A stretch of 64,000 nt of DNA, taken from contig NC_068997.1 in NCBI RefSeq assembly GCF_001194135.2, positions 7,983,203 to 8,047,202 on the forward strand. The letters run 5' to 3'. Shown here one piece after another: positions 1-12,610 of this stretch (position 1 is the first letter of the stretch; every line of letters starts with the position of its first letter). Position numbers and translations under genes: made by a program. Source of the stretch: Octopus bimaculoides. Its lineage: Eukaryota. Below the pieces are notes generated by a model. The model did no database searches, was not told the origin of the DNA, and saw nothing but the letters and a program-made list of their open reading frames with translations.

Positions 1-1299
1 ACTTGTTGCAGTTTCATTTCTCCCAACACATCAGTCAGGTCCTTGGATGACGTCTGAGGGTCAGACAGCTTTTAGTTGATAATGCTTTAACGTGAGCAAC
101 TTTTTCGAGAAGCGGGCCGCATGAGACACAGCTCATCACCGGGCGAGCAGAACTGCTAAAAAAAATTCAATATAATTTTTCGTTAGGTTTGTCCATGACT
201 GCTTGAGCGAATCACACGAATTAGTCTTCAAATTTGCAATGGACGAACAGCCCGTTCAAGACCATTGCTCTGATAATTTCTCTTCCTTTACTCTCTTGGA
301 ATGGTTGTGTGTTTTTAAAAAGTTCATTTTTAAACCGTGTGATTTCAGGTTCGATCCTTCTGCACTCACCTGAGATTAAATATCTTCTGCCTTAAGCTTG
401 GAGTCACTGATGCATGTGAATAGAATTTGATCGACAGAAACTGTGTAGAAGCCCACCATATATGTGTGTATGGATGTCAAACTGCTATTAAATAATATAT
501 ATATATATTCCTCTATACACGATCATACAAAACCCTTTTTTGTATTTATTTTTACTCATATATATATAGATATATATAAGACAAATAGATGTCTTATAAA
601 ACTATTCTGCACATACAATAACACCTCCATCATCAGCTGCCCCACGGATATCACTATGATTTCGACACTTAGGAAGTACCATTCAATCGGGCGGTGTCAA
701 CAGCACTAAAATAAGTGTTGTTTGGGAATAAGCATACCTTAGATATCACCACATTCATTCAATCTTAGTGCTAGGAAGGATTAAACACTAACATTATTAA
801 TTAAACTACAAAAAAAAACACATTTACCCTATGTACAAAAACAGTATTGGTAAATGAATTCAAAACGTAAACCTATAACTAACTCCTGAATTCTCTAACC
901 AAATAGCAACCTAACCCTTGAAGCCCATGCAGATAATATCCCCACCAGTCTTCCGTAATTATATGAATATAAAAGTGAAAGCTTTTATATTCAATTCTTT
1001 CCAAAACAAAACAAACTCGATTGAACTTAACTAATAATATAACTAATTCTGAATGAATTACATTATTTCAGAACCCAAAAGTCAATTAAAACATTCCATA
1101 CGTATAAATATTCGTTATCCTTAATGCTTTAATGTTAAACTTTTACCAGCAATTTAATAGATAATACTAAAATATCCTTATTAAATCAGAAACTAATAAA
1201 AGAATATAACAATTATTATTAAAAACCTTGTTACGATTAAAGCTAAATATATAACTGTTTAAAAGATAATAATATAAAATATAAAGTATTACCACTTAC

Positions 1300-1467
1300 A
1301 TGTTATCTGGACACACGAGGTTCAAGTCACCTATTTTCTCAAATGTCTTAACTATTTGGTGACGTAGTGCGTAGTCCATTAGTTTCTCAAGTGTCTTTAA
1401 CTCTTTTGGTGAAGCAATTAGAAGTACGCAATTAGAGTGACTTGTAAACAGTCCAAATATAGACAAC
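1300..1467 (-). CDS. Candidate orphan coding exon (56 codons, phase 2-2): LSIFGLFTSHSNCVLLIASPKELKTLEKLMDYALRHQIVKTFEKIGDLNLVCPDN
   Basis: Open reading, 168 nt, ttgtag acceptor and strong AT|gtaagt donor in an otherwise very AT-rich stretch; no family recognised. Confidence 0.3.
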
Positions 1468-3299
1468 CTACAATCCAAATCGTTAGACGTTTACAAATAT
1501 TTACTAAGTTGAAGGCTAGAAATTACACCATATTTATTTAAAATTTCCAGTCTCCCACTTAAACAGCGATTAAACATTTTAACTAATTTACCATATCTAT
1601 CCCTTTGTTCTACTAAATGTCTTATCAGTTTATTCATTCTTTACAAAAATCTATTAGTGTTATTTATAATAGTGCCATACCTGATAATCTGGCCTGAAAA
1701 ACACCATAACCTATAAACGAAGGAATTCTACTAATGAACCATTGAAAATACACACACACACATACACACTCACATGTATATATATACATATATATATCTA
1801 TGTATACATACATACGTATATATAATATATATATATTTCTATATCTATATTAGACCGAATGAGATAACAAATCTAAGGCTGTGAGGAGTTTTCAGGACAT
1901 TTATAATGAAATAGTCTTTCTGTCGGTTATTTAGTTCCATACATCTACCTCAACTTTCGTATTGTCGAAGGGACGATTTAGTTAATGCCAGACATTGACT
2001 ATGGTCGATTAAGTCAATAATAACTCAACAGATTTTTTTATCATTATAGTTATCACTACTGTCATACCATCGAAAACTTGATTTTTGGATCCGTCTGTGT
2101 CATTGACAAGAATGTCTATTAATTTTCTTCAGGACTTGCCTAATTACAATTCCATTTCTTTTGATATAAACAATTCTTTTTTGCTGAATAGTTTGCGTTG
2201 AAACAATTTTCCAAAGTACTTGTTAACACCGCACGGGGTCCTAAGAATGTATAATTAAATAGATACACCAGTGGTTAGGGTATCATGTCTTCGTTGGAGA
2301 ACATTGTCTAAGATATCGATTCATGGAAGCAGTTTGTGGCTCTGTGATATCTAAGATTTACTGCAGATGGCACCACTGTGAAAACACTGAGGTGGAGAGA
2401 AGAATGGTACAATCCAGACAGGAGAGTTTGTGGAGAGCGAAATAATAGCGATTAATTCTTGGAAACAAGAGAATTGAAAGTAGAATCATGACTTGAGGTA
2501 AAACTGAGTTGAAAAAATGAGTCAGAAAAAACCGCGTAAGCGCATGGTTCATGGAATGTTCTGACAAGAAACATCCGAATCAATGGTTGAGAGAGAAAGA
2601 GAGGGAGAGACAAAGAGACAGAGAGAGAAAGAGAGAGAGATGGAGAATATTAGCAAGTCGGTTTAGCTTGACTTTCTCATACCAGAGACATTCAAAAGCT
2701 AAGCTTGATATTAAAAGAAGCAAAGTTGCTCCCGCAGAACTTCTAAAGCGTGCCTACTAGCGTGTGACGTAAGGAAGTAAGTTTCCTGTAGATCGAGTTC
2801 TATTGAAACCCTATTGAGGGTCACCGAGAAAAGAGACATTCAAAATGATGGCTGATTACAGTTCCTTCCATCACTACACAGACGGCAAAAGTTAAGGTGA
2901 TAAGGGGTGGCAGCTGGCAACACTGTCGAGTAATTCTGTACAGTGGGACATATCTCTATAGTGAAAGAAAAACTGAGGAATTGGGGCAAGAATGTACACA
3001 GAATTATATAGGCATGTACACATGTGCATATATACACAAACGCACTCATAGACACGTACCCACATATACTAAAACATATCAATAAACTTTTTAATTAGAC
3101 ATTTCGAAACAAATGTTTTTTTTTTTTTCTGAACCAGAATGAAACTCAAGGAAGCTTGTATTTGCATGAAAGATATTTAGCCACGTGCTTACAAGGCGTT
3201 AACAGTTCAGTTCTTTTGTGTGTGTATGTGTATAAGTATCTATATTTGTATATGCAAGCATCTGAACAGGAGCATGCAAAATGAACACGCTCATACACT

Positions 3300-4640
3300 C
3301 AATTTTAAAAAAAAAACATTAATTAAAACGCTACGTAAACAACTAGGCAATTTCACGACTTCGCTTGTATGGAATTTAAGACGTTTATTGTATAGGAAAT
3401 TTTGCCAAAATTTCATGTGAGACGAAGTGATGGTGGTAGAGGCATAAAGTCAGTCCAGACAGCTTTTGAATGCTGCATTGTATCACTAAGACAACACCTG
3501 CAGAACAGTAAAGAAAGAAATGAGTACATTCCATGCATATTCAAAAGTGAAAGCAACAACATCTTCAGAATTGGAGAGGAACAACTGCATAGGTACTCTG
3601 CGAATACAACTGTCTCGTGTAACCCAAAAGAGGCTGGACTGGACTAGCTAAACAGGAGCTTGGAGGAGAAGCAGGCATTATACCAACAAAGAAGCAATAT
3701 ATGGGTACAAATTCTGTAAGTGAGAGGGCAACAGCAACATCGACAGAAAGAATAGCCACTCCTGGACCTGCGTGAGATACATTACATCCCACCTAGAACG
3801 ATATGCCTTCGCTATCCAGGAACCGGAGATAGCTAATAAATATCTGATAAGCAAGAGGGATAAAGATATCACCAAACCTCCACACTGGGATAAAAATTGT
3901 CAGCTCTGCTATACAAACGTGGACGATATCATCCAATACACTCTCAGAGTGGTTGGCGTTAGGAAGGGCATCCAGCTGTAGAAATCTTACCAGATCAGAT
4001 TGGAGCCTGGTGCAGCCTCCTGACATGCCAGTCCTCAGTCAAACTGTCCAACCCATGCCAGCGTGAAAAGCGGACGTTAAACAATGATGATGATCATCAT
4101 CATCATAATCATCATCTTCAGCAACTGTCCCCCAAATGTCTTTGAGATACCGTTTGCCCCTGAGGCATGATATAGCTGCAAATACTATTTACAATGCTAT
4201 CCACAGGAAGGACTGCCCAGACGTATACATCAAAGGCATGTCAGAACCAGCAGGTATTCACACCTGTAAAAACAAGGAATATTAATGGAGCACCCTAATA
4301 AAAACCTCAATTCGGTGCAGACATAACACCTGTGAGACAGAGAACAAAAGTTATGCACTGTTGTAGGGGTCAGATGCCCAGCAGATGTGAATGTACGATG
4401 TAAAGTCCAGGAAAAAGAGAACATTTAAGGCGAATTAACGCGGAACTTACAGCTCTTGTTTCCTGACTGTGAATTCTCATTTGTACCTATCTTCATAGGG
4501 GCATCGGGTTATGGGACTGACAAATTTGCACAAAAGCCTGGAAATACTCGGTTTTTCAAGGAAAGAGCATAAGAAACTGACGCGGATTCTCCAAATCCAA
4601 TCTATTAGTGGCACAGTGAAGGTTTGTAAAACATTCCAAA
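3300..4640 (+). mobile_element. Degenerate R4/Dong-like (RLE-clade) non-LTR retrotransposon fragment, interrupted by a SINE-like insert at 3937-4116
   Basis: Translated remnants FHVRRSDGGRGIKS, SHLERYAFAIQE.EI, CQLC (zinc finger), PLRHDIAAN, IGASGY and QSISGTVKVCKTF resemble RT C-terminus, CCHC and RLE regions; frameshifted. Confidence 0.7.
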
Positions 4641-4847
4641 ACTACTCAATCAGTGATTTTTATGTGATTAGATGGACACACTTGGGTGTATGCAACGAAA
4701 GTTCAACCAACACACCATCTCAACCACATATTTACAAACACCGGGAACCTTCTCATCTCAAAAAGTCTTGTCACTTTGTTAGTGACCGGCTTGAACTCTC
4801 AAGAACTTAACTAAAACTGAATTTTTTAAAAACCATACATATATACA

Positions 4848-4851
<4 letters not shown>

Positions 4852-4924
<73 letters not shown>
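4852..4924. repeat. (GT)n microsatellite, representative of many (TA)n, (CA)n, (ATT)n, (GAT)n and (TAG)n tracts in the window
   Basis: Direct reading of the sequence. Confidence 0.98.
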
Positions 4925-4926
<2 letters not shown>

Positions 4927-5441
4927 AAGCGCACGTATGTATTTAATATGTAGAAAAGGTGGGTTACTTTCAAATCTCTGAATGACCGTCTCCATGTCAT
5001 ACATCATCATAATGATGGGGCCTCTCCACAACCGACCGACCGACCTTCCAGGAATAGCGATCAATTTTCACACGCAACCGGTTTTTACAAAAGCAGAGGG
5101 TGCTTTCCATTGGATTGCCTTTTACTGAGACTATACTGAGACTTCGTGGCTCATTACTACACCAACAACATCTACCTAAGTTGTTGTTTTGATCATGGGA
5201 CCACACGATCAAATGTAGACCCACAATCAAAGCTTTTTCAGCTTTAGACATCCAATGTTGGAGAACATTTTGGACCATTACAATATCTAATGCATTCTTC
5301 CTTTTTTTTCTTTTTTGTTGTACAAGAGAATAGAATTTGAAGGGACGTAGCTGTTATTTCTAACCGGTCGAATGACTACACGGAGATTCGCTTATTGGAC
5401 CCAATGTGTCCTTCGATAGAATTTAGAAGTTACTTAGCGAC

Positions 5442-5493
<52 letters not shown>

Positions 5494-6324
5494 TCAACAA
5501 CGATGTTGATGGAGATGATGTTGATGGAGATGATGTTACGACGTCGACGACGATGATGATGATGATGATGATGGTGAAGGTAATGAGAATGACGGCGGCG
5601 ACGACAACAACGACAATGATGATGATGATGGTTCTCTTTACCTGAGCAGCTCTTTGGGAAATTATCCTTTCGGCTAAAGTCCTACCATCGGAAGGTTTAT
5701 TCTTTTCCTTTTTACGAAATTTCGGTCCTTTTCTCGTTCGTCGCTGTACATCCTCCTCCATTTTGGAAAAAAAAATCTCAGGGCTCATTCACCCCTACTC
5801 TTTACAAAATGTTTGTTTTATTTGATTATACGAAATGCTTTCTTTTATTGTAGTTAAGACCGAGCTTCAGCTTCGTTTTCACAAGATGTGCCTTGTTACA
5901 CAAAGAATTAATAATTTTATACATCTAAAAAACATATTGGTCAAAAATATTCTAATTCATCAATATATTTTTTCGCGACTTCCTGTTTTGCAATAAATGG
6001 AATTATGTATTTTTGTTCGTTTTTGTTTTGTTTTAGAGAGAGACATCTCCAAAAATAGTAAATTCAGTGCTTTTGATGAATTTAATCGCAGAAAAACTTC
6101 TGTGGTGCAGAACTATACACACACACACATATATATATATTTTGGAGTAGTCTCGAATATAGCCAGCCGAAACTGCAAAGATAATCTGGAACTTGACTGA
6201 CGAAAGAAAACCCCGAACGAGCCGTCCTTGTTTTTTCTTGTCTCTTTTTGTATCAGCCAACTGTCCGGATGTTTTGTTGTCGCCTGTTGCATTCTTGTCC
6301 CATTTTTTGTAGTGTCTCTAATGT

Positions 6325-6558
6325 TTATTTGAGGCCGAATATCAAACAAAGTCCTGAATTATTTTTAACCAACGAGGAAGCGTGACCTGTCTTTAAAACT
6401 GTGAGTGAACGCGTTAAGTCGTTAATCTTAGGCCTATGTTGCCCATCAAAATATCCGGGTGGGGAATAAAGATTAGCATGGTGATCAAACAATTGACCAA
6501 GAGTGCCGCTGAACAACAAAAACAACAACAACAACAACAACAACATATGAACAAACAT
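6325..6558 (-). CDS. Candidate ORF/exon with signal-peptide-like N-terminus (MFVHMLLLLLLLFLLFSGTLG-QLFDHH...)
   Basis: Hydrophobic run ending in TLG-Q. The frame stays open upstream through a poly-His tract to the N gap at 6768. The Leu run comes from a (TTG)n repeat, so it may be chance. Confidence 0.3.
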   Translation of the reverse strand: MFVHMLLLLLLLFLLFSGTLGQLFDHHANLYSPPGYFDGQHRPKINDLTRSLTVLKTGHASSLVKNNSGLCLIFGLK

Positions 6559-7539
6559 GTGAAGGAATAGAAGATGAAGTAATGCAGTGTTTACCGTTTG
6601 GTGCTCACTGTTGTCTCCGATAGTATTGTGGGCATGGTGGTGGTGGTGGTGATGATGATGGTGATGGTGGTGGTGGTGGTGGACGTTGTTGTCATCTTTA
6701 TTGTTCCTTCTGTTCCAGTATTGCCCGTTACGGTCGCCGTTGGGAGAAAGTGCTGCTGCTGTGATTGNNNNNNNNNNAGTTTTTTTTTTTTAATTTCCTA
6801 CTAATTGGCCACACTTGTCGCTTCTAGTCTTCAGGTTGTTGCTATGGTGAAGGGGAAATTCCCGGAGGTAATGTTCTAGTAGTAGTAGTAGTAGTTGTTG
6901 TTGTTGTTGTTTCCGATGTCTTTTTGTTGTTGTTCTTCGAGGCGGCAGCGTTGCCCGTTGTCACTTGGGTTGCTTTGTTTTTATTGTTTAACGATGCTGC
7001 TGACGATGATGATGATGATGATCTGGTGAAGTTGCTAATTGCTAATATGGTTGTTGTTGTTGTTGTTGTTGCTGTTGTCACAGTTATTGATGTCATCATT
7101 GACGATCGCTGCTGTTGATGGTGATGGGTTGAGCTGCGACAGCGAAAGGAAGATGTGACGACGTTTGAAGTTATCGATAACACTGAAGACGCTGACAAAA
7201 ATATTGACGACGACGACGATGATGATGATGATGATGATGATGTTATTGGTAAGGATCGTGATGATGATGACGACGAGGCTGCTGCTGCTGCTGGTAACTT
7301 TGTGGTGAAGATGGTAGTAGAGATGGTGATAGCACGTGGTAGTTGTGGTGATAATGGTGATGAATTCAAACTTTGTGTGTTTGTGTGTTTTGTTACATGT
7401 GTCTACATGTTTGCTTTGCTTTAGTTTATGTGCATGTATAATATGTGTGGGNNNNNNNNNNGAGGCCATTTATGCTTCATGGCGGTGACTGTGGCCTTGG
7501 TGTTTGACACAAATGTCTGCTGCTGCTTCTGCTGCTACT

Positions 7540-7575
<36 letters not shown>

Positions 7576-8399
7576 GCCAACACGACCGTGTTCCGACCAC
7601 CACTAACTTGACCCGCCCCTCCTATCAAACTAGTCTTTGAGAAACGCCATGCACATCTGCTGAATAATTTCACTGGTTTTCCGTCAAATAAACTTTGCTA
7701 AAGATCCAACATTTTATTAAGCTATCTCTCCACACACACACACACACCCCTGCATTAAACGGTTTCTATTCATTTCAGACATCACCTGGACAATGACTCC
7801 CTTCAGTGACGCTATGTTACTAAGGGGACACGTCCATTAATTTCTCTACGTTGTCGTCTTTGCGATTTAGACCGTTAGTTTTGGTCGCGGTTTTTCTCAT
7901 CAGAGAACAACCAAAGCATCCCACGATCGTAATAATTTTTAACCGATTGGAACCGGATCAAACGGTTTTCCTGTGTCTTAGCAGACATGAATTGGCCTCT
8001 CGTCGGTACATCCAAATTGTATCGAATTCCTTGTGCGCCACAGTTTTGGTGATTCATCGTGATACCTGAGGTTCTTTGGCGATAACTCCTATTGGTTTTC
8101 TCTGATTATCATCGTTAATGTTTTCAACACTTTGAACCAATTGCCGTCTTTTACTGTCCGAACGTTTAGAATGCTTTTTTTATTTTTTTCATTTTGACGC
8201 AATTGAAACATTCCCGCCAGATGCAACATTTCGAAACGTGACAGTTTCTAAACCGGTGCATTCCGTACATATACTCACAATAACAGCACAAGAGATGAAA
8301 ATCTCTTGTACTCGCATTTTGTCTGTCTTGAGGGATGTGAAATGAATAAAAAGTTGTTAATTGATTTGAAGAGAGTAAAGAAAGGTAAAAAAAATATTA

Positions 8400-9895
8400 A
8401 AAAAACCCACTCCTTCGCTCATGAATGACCAGTGGATTGCACCTTGAAAGTTCCTCTCAGAGGCTAAAGTCCAGGCAAGGTTGTTTATGGAAGGCCAGCA
8501 GCCGTCCAAGCATACCAGCCTTCCCTGTCCTCCACGCCACCGATGTTTTCCAAGGGAAAGGCAAAGGGGCCAATACAGCTTGGCACACAGTGACGCCGTG
8601 AAATAAAGTATCATGCTCAAGAATACAGCACAGCCCAATCCGGGAGAGTAATATATTGATAATTAAGTGTCCTCAAATACCCCTCGCACCCTGTATCTTC
8701 GCTGTGCTTCTTCCCCGTTCATTGATTTTTGCGATTCCTGAAATGAAGGGACAGCGTGCTTCCGTGAAATTCTGTTTTCTGCTGGGAAAAACGGCAGCCG
8801 AAACAATTCTCATGATTCAAACAGCTTACAAGGATGCTGCTGCCATGAGCAAAACACAAGTTTGCGAGAGGTTTTCACGTTTTATCAATGATCATGTGTC
8901 ACTTGAAGACCAACCTCGTTCAGGACGACCGTCGACCTCCCGAACGAATGAAAACATCACGAAAATTCATGAACTGATCTTGGAGGACCGTCACCAAACA
9001 ACTAACGAACTTGTTGATATGACTGGTGTGTCCTGGAGCTCGAACTAACGAATTTTGAACGAAGAATAGCGAATGAGAAGAGTTGCAGCAAATTCTGTGC
9101 CTCACTTACTCACGAAAGATCAAAAGCGGTCGCGATTGAACGCATGTCGTGAACTGAGAGAACAACTGGAAGTTGATCGGAACCTTTTTTTCAAAGGTCA
9201 TCATTAGTGACGAAAGCTGGTGCTACGGCTACGACACGGACACGAAGCAGCAATCAAGTCAATGGAAGCATTCGATGCCACAACGCCTCACCAAAAGTGC
9301 ATCAAATGAAGTCCAATGTCAAGATGATGCGGATTTGTTTCATCGATGCGAGAGGAATTGTTCACACAGAATTTGTTTCTCCTTGTCAAAACTGTTAACC
9401 AGACATTTTACTTGGAAGTCCTGAAGCGTTTGCGAGACCCGGCGAGAAGAAGCCATCCCGAACAGTGGCAAAGTGGAGAGTAGTGGTTTCATCACGACAA
9501 TGCGCCTGCGCACACTGTCTTAAGTATGAGACAGTTTTTGATCAAATATGGCATGAACCCACTTACCCACCCTCCCTATTCACCCAACCTTGCTTCCTGC
9601 GACTTCTTTTTTTGTTTCCCCCGAATGAAAAACGTCCTTAAAGGAAAACGTTTTGCAGATGTGGAAGTGGTGAAGAAGAGAAAAAAAAGAAGAAAAAAAC
9701 GACGGAGGCGTTAAAAGGCGTTCTTTCGCAAGAGTTCTAAGATTGCTTCATGGAAAACAGTGGAAAACGCGTCTGGACCGATGCATTGCTTCAAATGGAG
9801 AATACTTTGAAGGCGGTTAAAGTGTAAACCTGTAATACTAAGTGAATAAAATAATATTGCAAAGTTCCGGTTTCTTTTAAGTAACCCCTCGTGTA
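8400..9895 (+). mobile_element. Mariner (D,D34D) transposon, decayed; transposase remnant from ATG 8743
   Basis: QRASVKFCFLLGK, RSGRPS, IISDESWCYGYD, FHHDNAPAH and PPYSPNLASCDF; right TIR about 9863-9892 followed by TA; many stops and frameshifts. Confidence 0.9.
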
Positions 9896-10750
9896 AACAT
9901 ATATATATATATATATAATACATACGTACATAAATACATAAATACATACAGACATGCATACAGACACACGTATAAAGTTCTATATCATTTTCCATCGTTG
10001 CTACCATCGAGACACATTATTAACACAATTTACCATTTAGTCAGTTTATTCTGCTTGATTATATAAGCAACAGATCATGACTGCAGTTATGGAGACGCCT
10101 GTAACTGTAACGTAATTATGACATGTTCTCGGTGAAGCGATTCCCTGAGATAATTTTTCATTCACACTTGCAGCAGTTCGGCTTCAAACAATAATAGTTT
10201 CGATAAGTTTTACGCTATGAATAGTTAATGGCCGCTATTGAACTGTAAATCATGTTAGATTGCGGATGAAGTTCTTGTAAGGATAATGAATATTACACAG
10301 TAGGATATACTCGTCAGACATTTGCTTATTTCAAAAAGTATTTTTATACATCAGAACAAGTTGCTATGTAACATTATTTATATGATTTTTATAAGCATCG
10401 CTGCTTCAACCATATTATTTAGCTGAAGGTAGTGGTCTCTTTTTTGCAGTTATAAACATGTACAATTTTCCCCTGATTTTTCTCTTGATATAGAGTATGC
10501 AATTTTCATATTTTTATCATTGTTAGAAAAATATGAAAGATATGGGGAAAAATAAAAATCAAATAATTTATTTGTTATATATTTTTAATTCTAACAATTA
10601 TTCCTCTGGGATGTGCGCGCCATTCCGCTTTCACGTCAAACACCATTGTTCACTGAACAACAAATATTGCCTAATCAGTGATGGCCAACCAAAAATTGTT
10701 CTCTCATAGTCAGGTCTAGCAGTTATATGTAAACTATACTTCATTGTATA

Positions 10751-10985
10751 GGTGCAATGGCCCAGTGGTTAGAGCAGCAGACTCGCGATCGTAGGATCGC
10801 GGTTTCGATTCCCAGGCCGGACTTTGTGAGTATTTATTGAGCAAAAACACCTAAATCTCCACAAGGCTCCGGCAAGGGGTAGTGGTGAACCCTGCTGTAT
10901 TCTTTCACCACAATTTTCTCTCACTCTTTCTTCCTGCTTCTGCTGTACCTGTATTTCAAAGGGCCAGCTTTGTCACGCTGAATCT
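10751..10985 (+). mobile_element. tRNA-derived SINE (second copy at about 45595-45895)
   Basis: Pol III A box TGGCCCAGTGG (10758) and B box GGTTTCGATTCC (10801), then a non-tRNA body shared with the 45.6-kb copy. Confidence 0.8.
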
Positions 10986-11031
10986 CTTTTTGAATAATTA
11001 GACCGTTTTTTTCTGGAACATTGAATACAAC

Positions 11032-12245
11032 ATGGACAAAAAGCAAATTCGCACAATTTTCTTATTCCAGTTCAAGCTAGGCCGAAAAGCTATTGAAACA
11101 GCTGGCGATATCAACGATGCGTTTGGCCCAGGAACCACTAATGAACGTACAGCACAAAAATGGTTCAAGAAATTTCGTAGCGGTGACGAGAGTCTTGAAG
11201 ATGATAAGCGTAGTGGTCGGCCATCGGATGTTGACAACGATCAACCAAGAGCCTTAGTGGAAGCCAATCCACGCACAACTGTTCGAGAGTTTGCTTCTGA
11301 ATTAGACGTAACGTATATGACAATTTCCAACCACNNNNNNNNNNNNNNNNNNNNNNNNNNNNNNNNNNNNNNNNNNNNNNNNNNNNNNNNNNNNNNNNNN
11401 NNNNNNNNNNNNNNNNNNNNNNNNNNNNNNNNNNNNNNNNNNNNNNNNNNNNNNNNNNNNNNNNNNNNNNNNNNNNNNNNNNNNNNNNNNNNNNNNNNNN
11501 NNNNNNNNNNNNNNNNNNNNNNNNNNNNNNNNNNNNNNNNNNNNNNNNNNNNNNNNNNNNNNNNNNNNNNNNNNNNNNNNNNNNNNNNNNNNNNNNNNNN
11601 NNNNNNNNNNNNNNNNNNNNNNNNNNNNNNNNNNNNNNNNNNNNNNNNNNNNNNNNNNNNNNNNNNNNNNNNNNNNNNNNNNNNNNNNNNNNNNNNNNNN
11701 NNNNNNNNNNNNNNNNNNNNNNNNNNNNNNNNNNNNNNNNNNNNNNNNNNNNNNNNNNNNNNNNNNNNNNNNNNNNNNNNNNNNNNNNNNNNNNNNNNNN
11801 NNNNNNNNNNNNNNNNNNNNNNNNNNNNNNNNNNNNNNNNNNNNNNNNNNNNNNNNNNNNNNNNNNNNNNNNNNNNNNNNNNNNNNNNGACAATGCTCGG
11901 CCGCACGTCGCACAACTGACCCTGCAGAAGTTGAACAAATTGGGCTACGAAACTCTGCCTCATCCGCCATACTCACCAGACCTCTCGCCTACCAACTAAT
12001 ACTTGTTCAAGCATCTCGACAACTCTCTGCGTGAGAAATGCTTCAAAAACCAAAACGATGCCAAACACGCCTTCAACGACTTCATCGCCACCAGAACGCA
12101 AGATTTTTACGCTGCTGGCATAAATAAACTTGTTTCGCGTTGTCTGATGGTTTTTATATCGATTAATAAAGTTTTGTTTGAGCCGAGGTATGTGCATCTG
12201 AACTTAAAGGCTAAAAACCGCAAGAACTTTCTTGACAACCCAATA
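11032..12245 (+). mobile_element. Hsmar1/SETMAR-like (cecropia-type) mariner, centre hidden by an N gap
   Basis: MDKKQIRTIFLFQFKLGRKA...WFKKFRSGDESLEDDKRSGRPS, then [12 protein letters not shown] after the gap; right TIR ...aaccgcaagaactttcttgacaacccaa-TA at about 12213-12245. Confidence 0.9.
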
Positions 12246-12384
12246 AATCAACGTTTTAAGCGACTGAAAGCGGTAGCATATTTTGATAAAATTTTGAATA
12301 CTTTCTATTATCCCTTATAAAGTTCTCAAAGTGTTTCATTTCTTTTTTTATGCGCACGCGCACGCGCTAACTAAACTTACTAAA

Positions 12385-12550
12385 GTTTTTCAGATGCTGG
12401 TGTATTTACGTCCTCGTATCTTAGCGATTCGGCAAAAGAGACCGATAGAATAAGTACTAGGCTTACAAAAAATAAGTCCTGGGATCGATTTGCTCGACTA
12501 AAGGCGGTGCTCCAGCATGGCTGCAGTCAAATGACTGAAACAAGTAAAAC
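12385..12550 (+). mobile_element. Abundant SINE-like repeat body (other copies about 33040-33200 on minus, 42770-42930 on plus)
   Basis: Shared core ...ggtgctccagcatggctgcagtcaaatgactgaaac seen in all copies. Confidence 0.7.
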
Positions 12551-12578
12551 AATAAAACAATACACACACATATACATG

Positions 12579-12610
<32 letters not shown>

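Noticed and set aside
4779-5064. ORFs with [18 protein letters not shown], poly-I or poly-N runs throughout the window
   Set aside because: Di- and trinucleotide microsatellites that lack stop codons by construction
7780-8200. CpG-richer stretch with short ORFs on both strands
   Set aside because: No frame stays open beyond about 70 codons and I recognise no motif. It could be UTR or promoter, but that is unsupported.
10751-10825. tRNA gene calls here and at 14550-14600 and 45595-45670
   Set aside because: A/B boxes are present but there is no closed acceptor stem, and they run into repeat bodies, so they are SINE heads or fragments
11335-11889. Long ORFs spanning N runs (also 17028-17103, 29673-29943, 31548-31932, 38911-39330)
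   Set aside because: Ns translate as X with no stops, so these are assembly gaps and not genes
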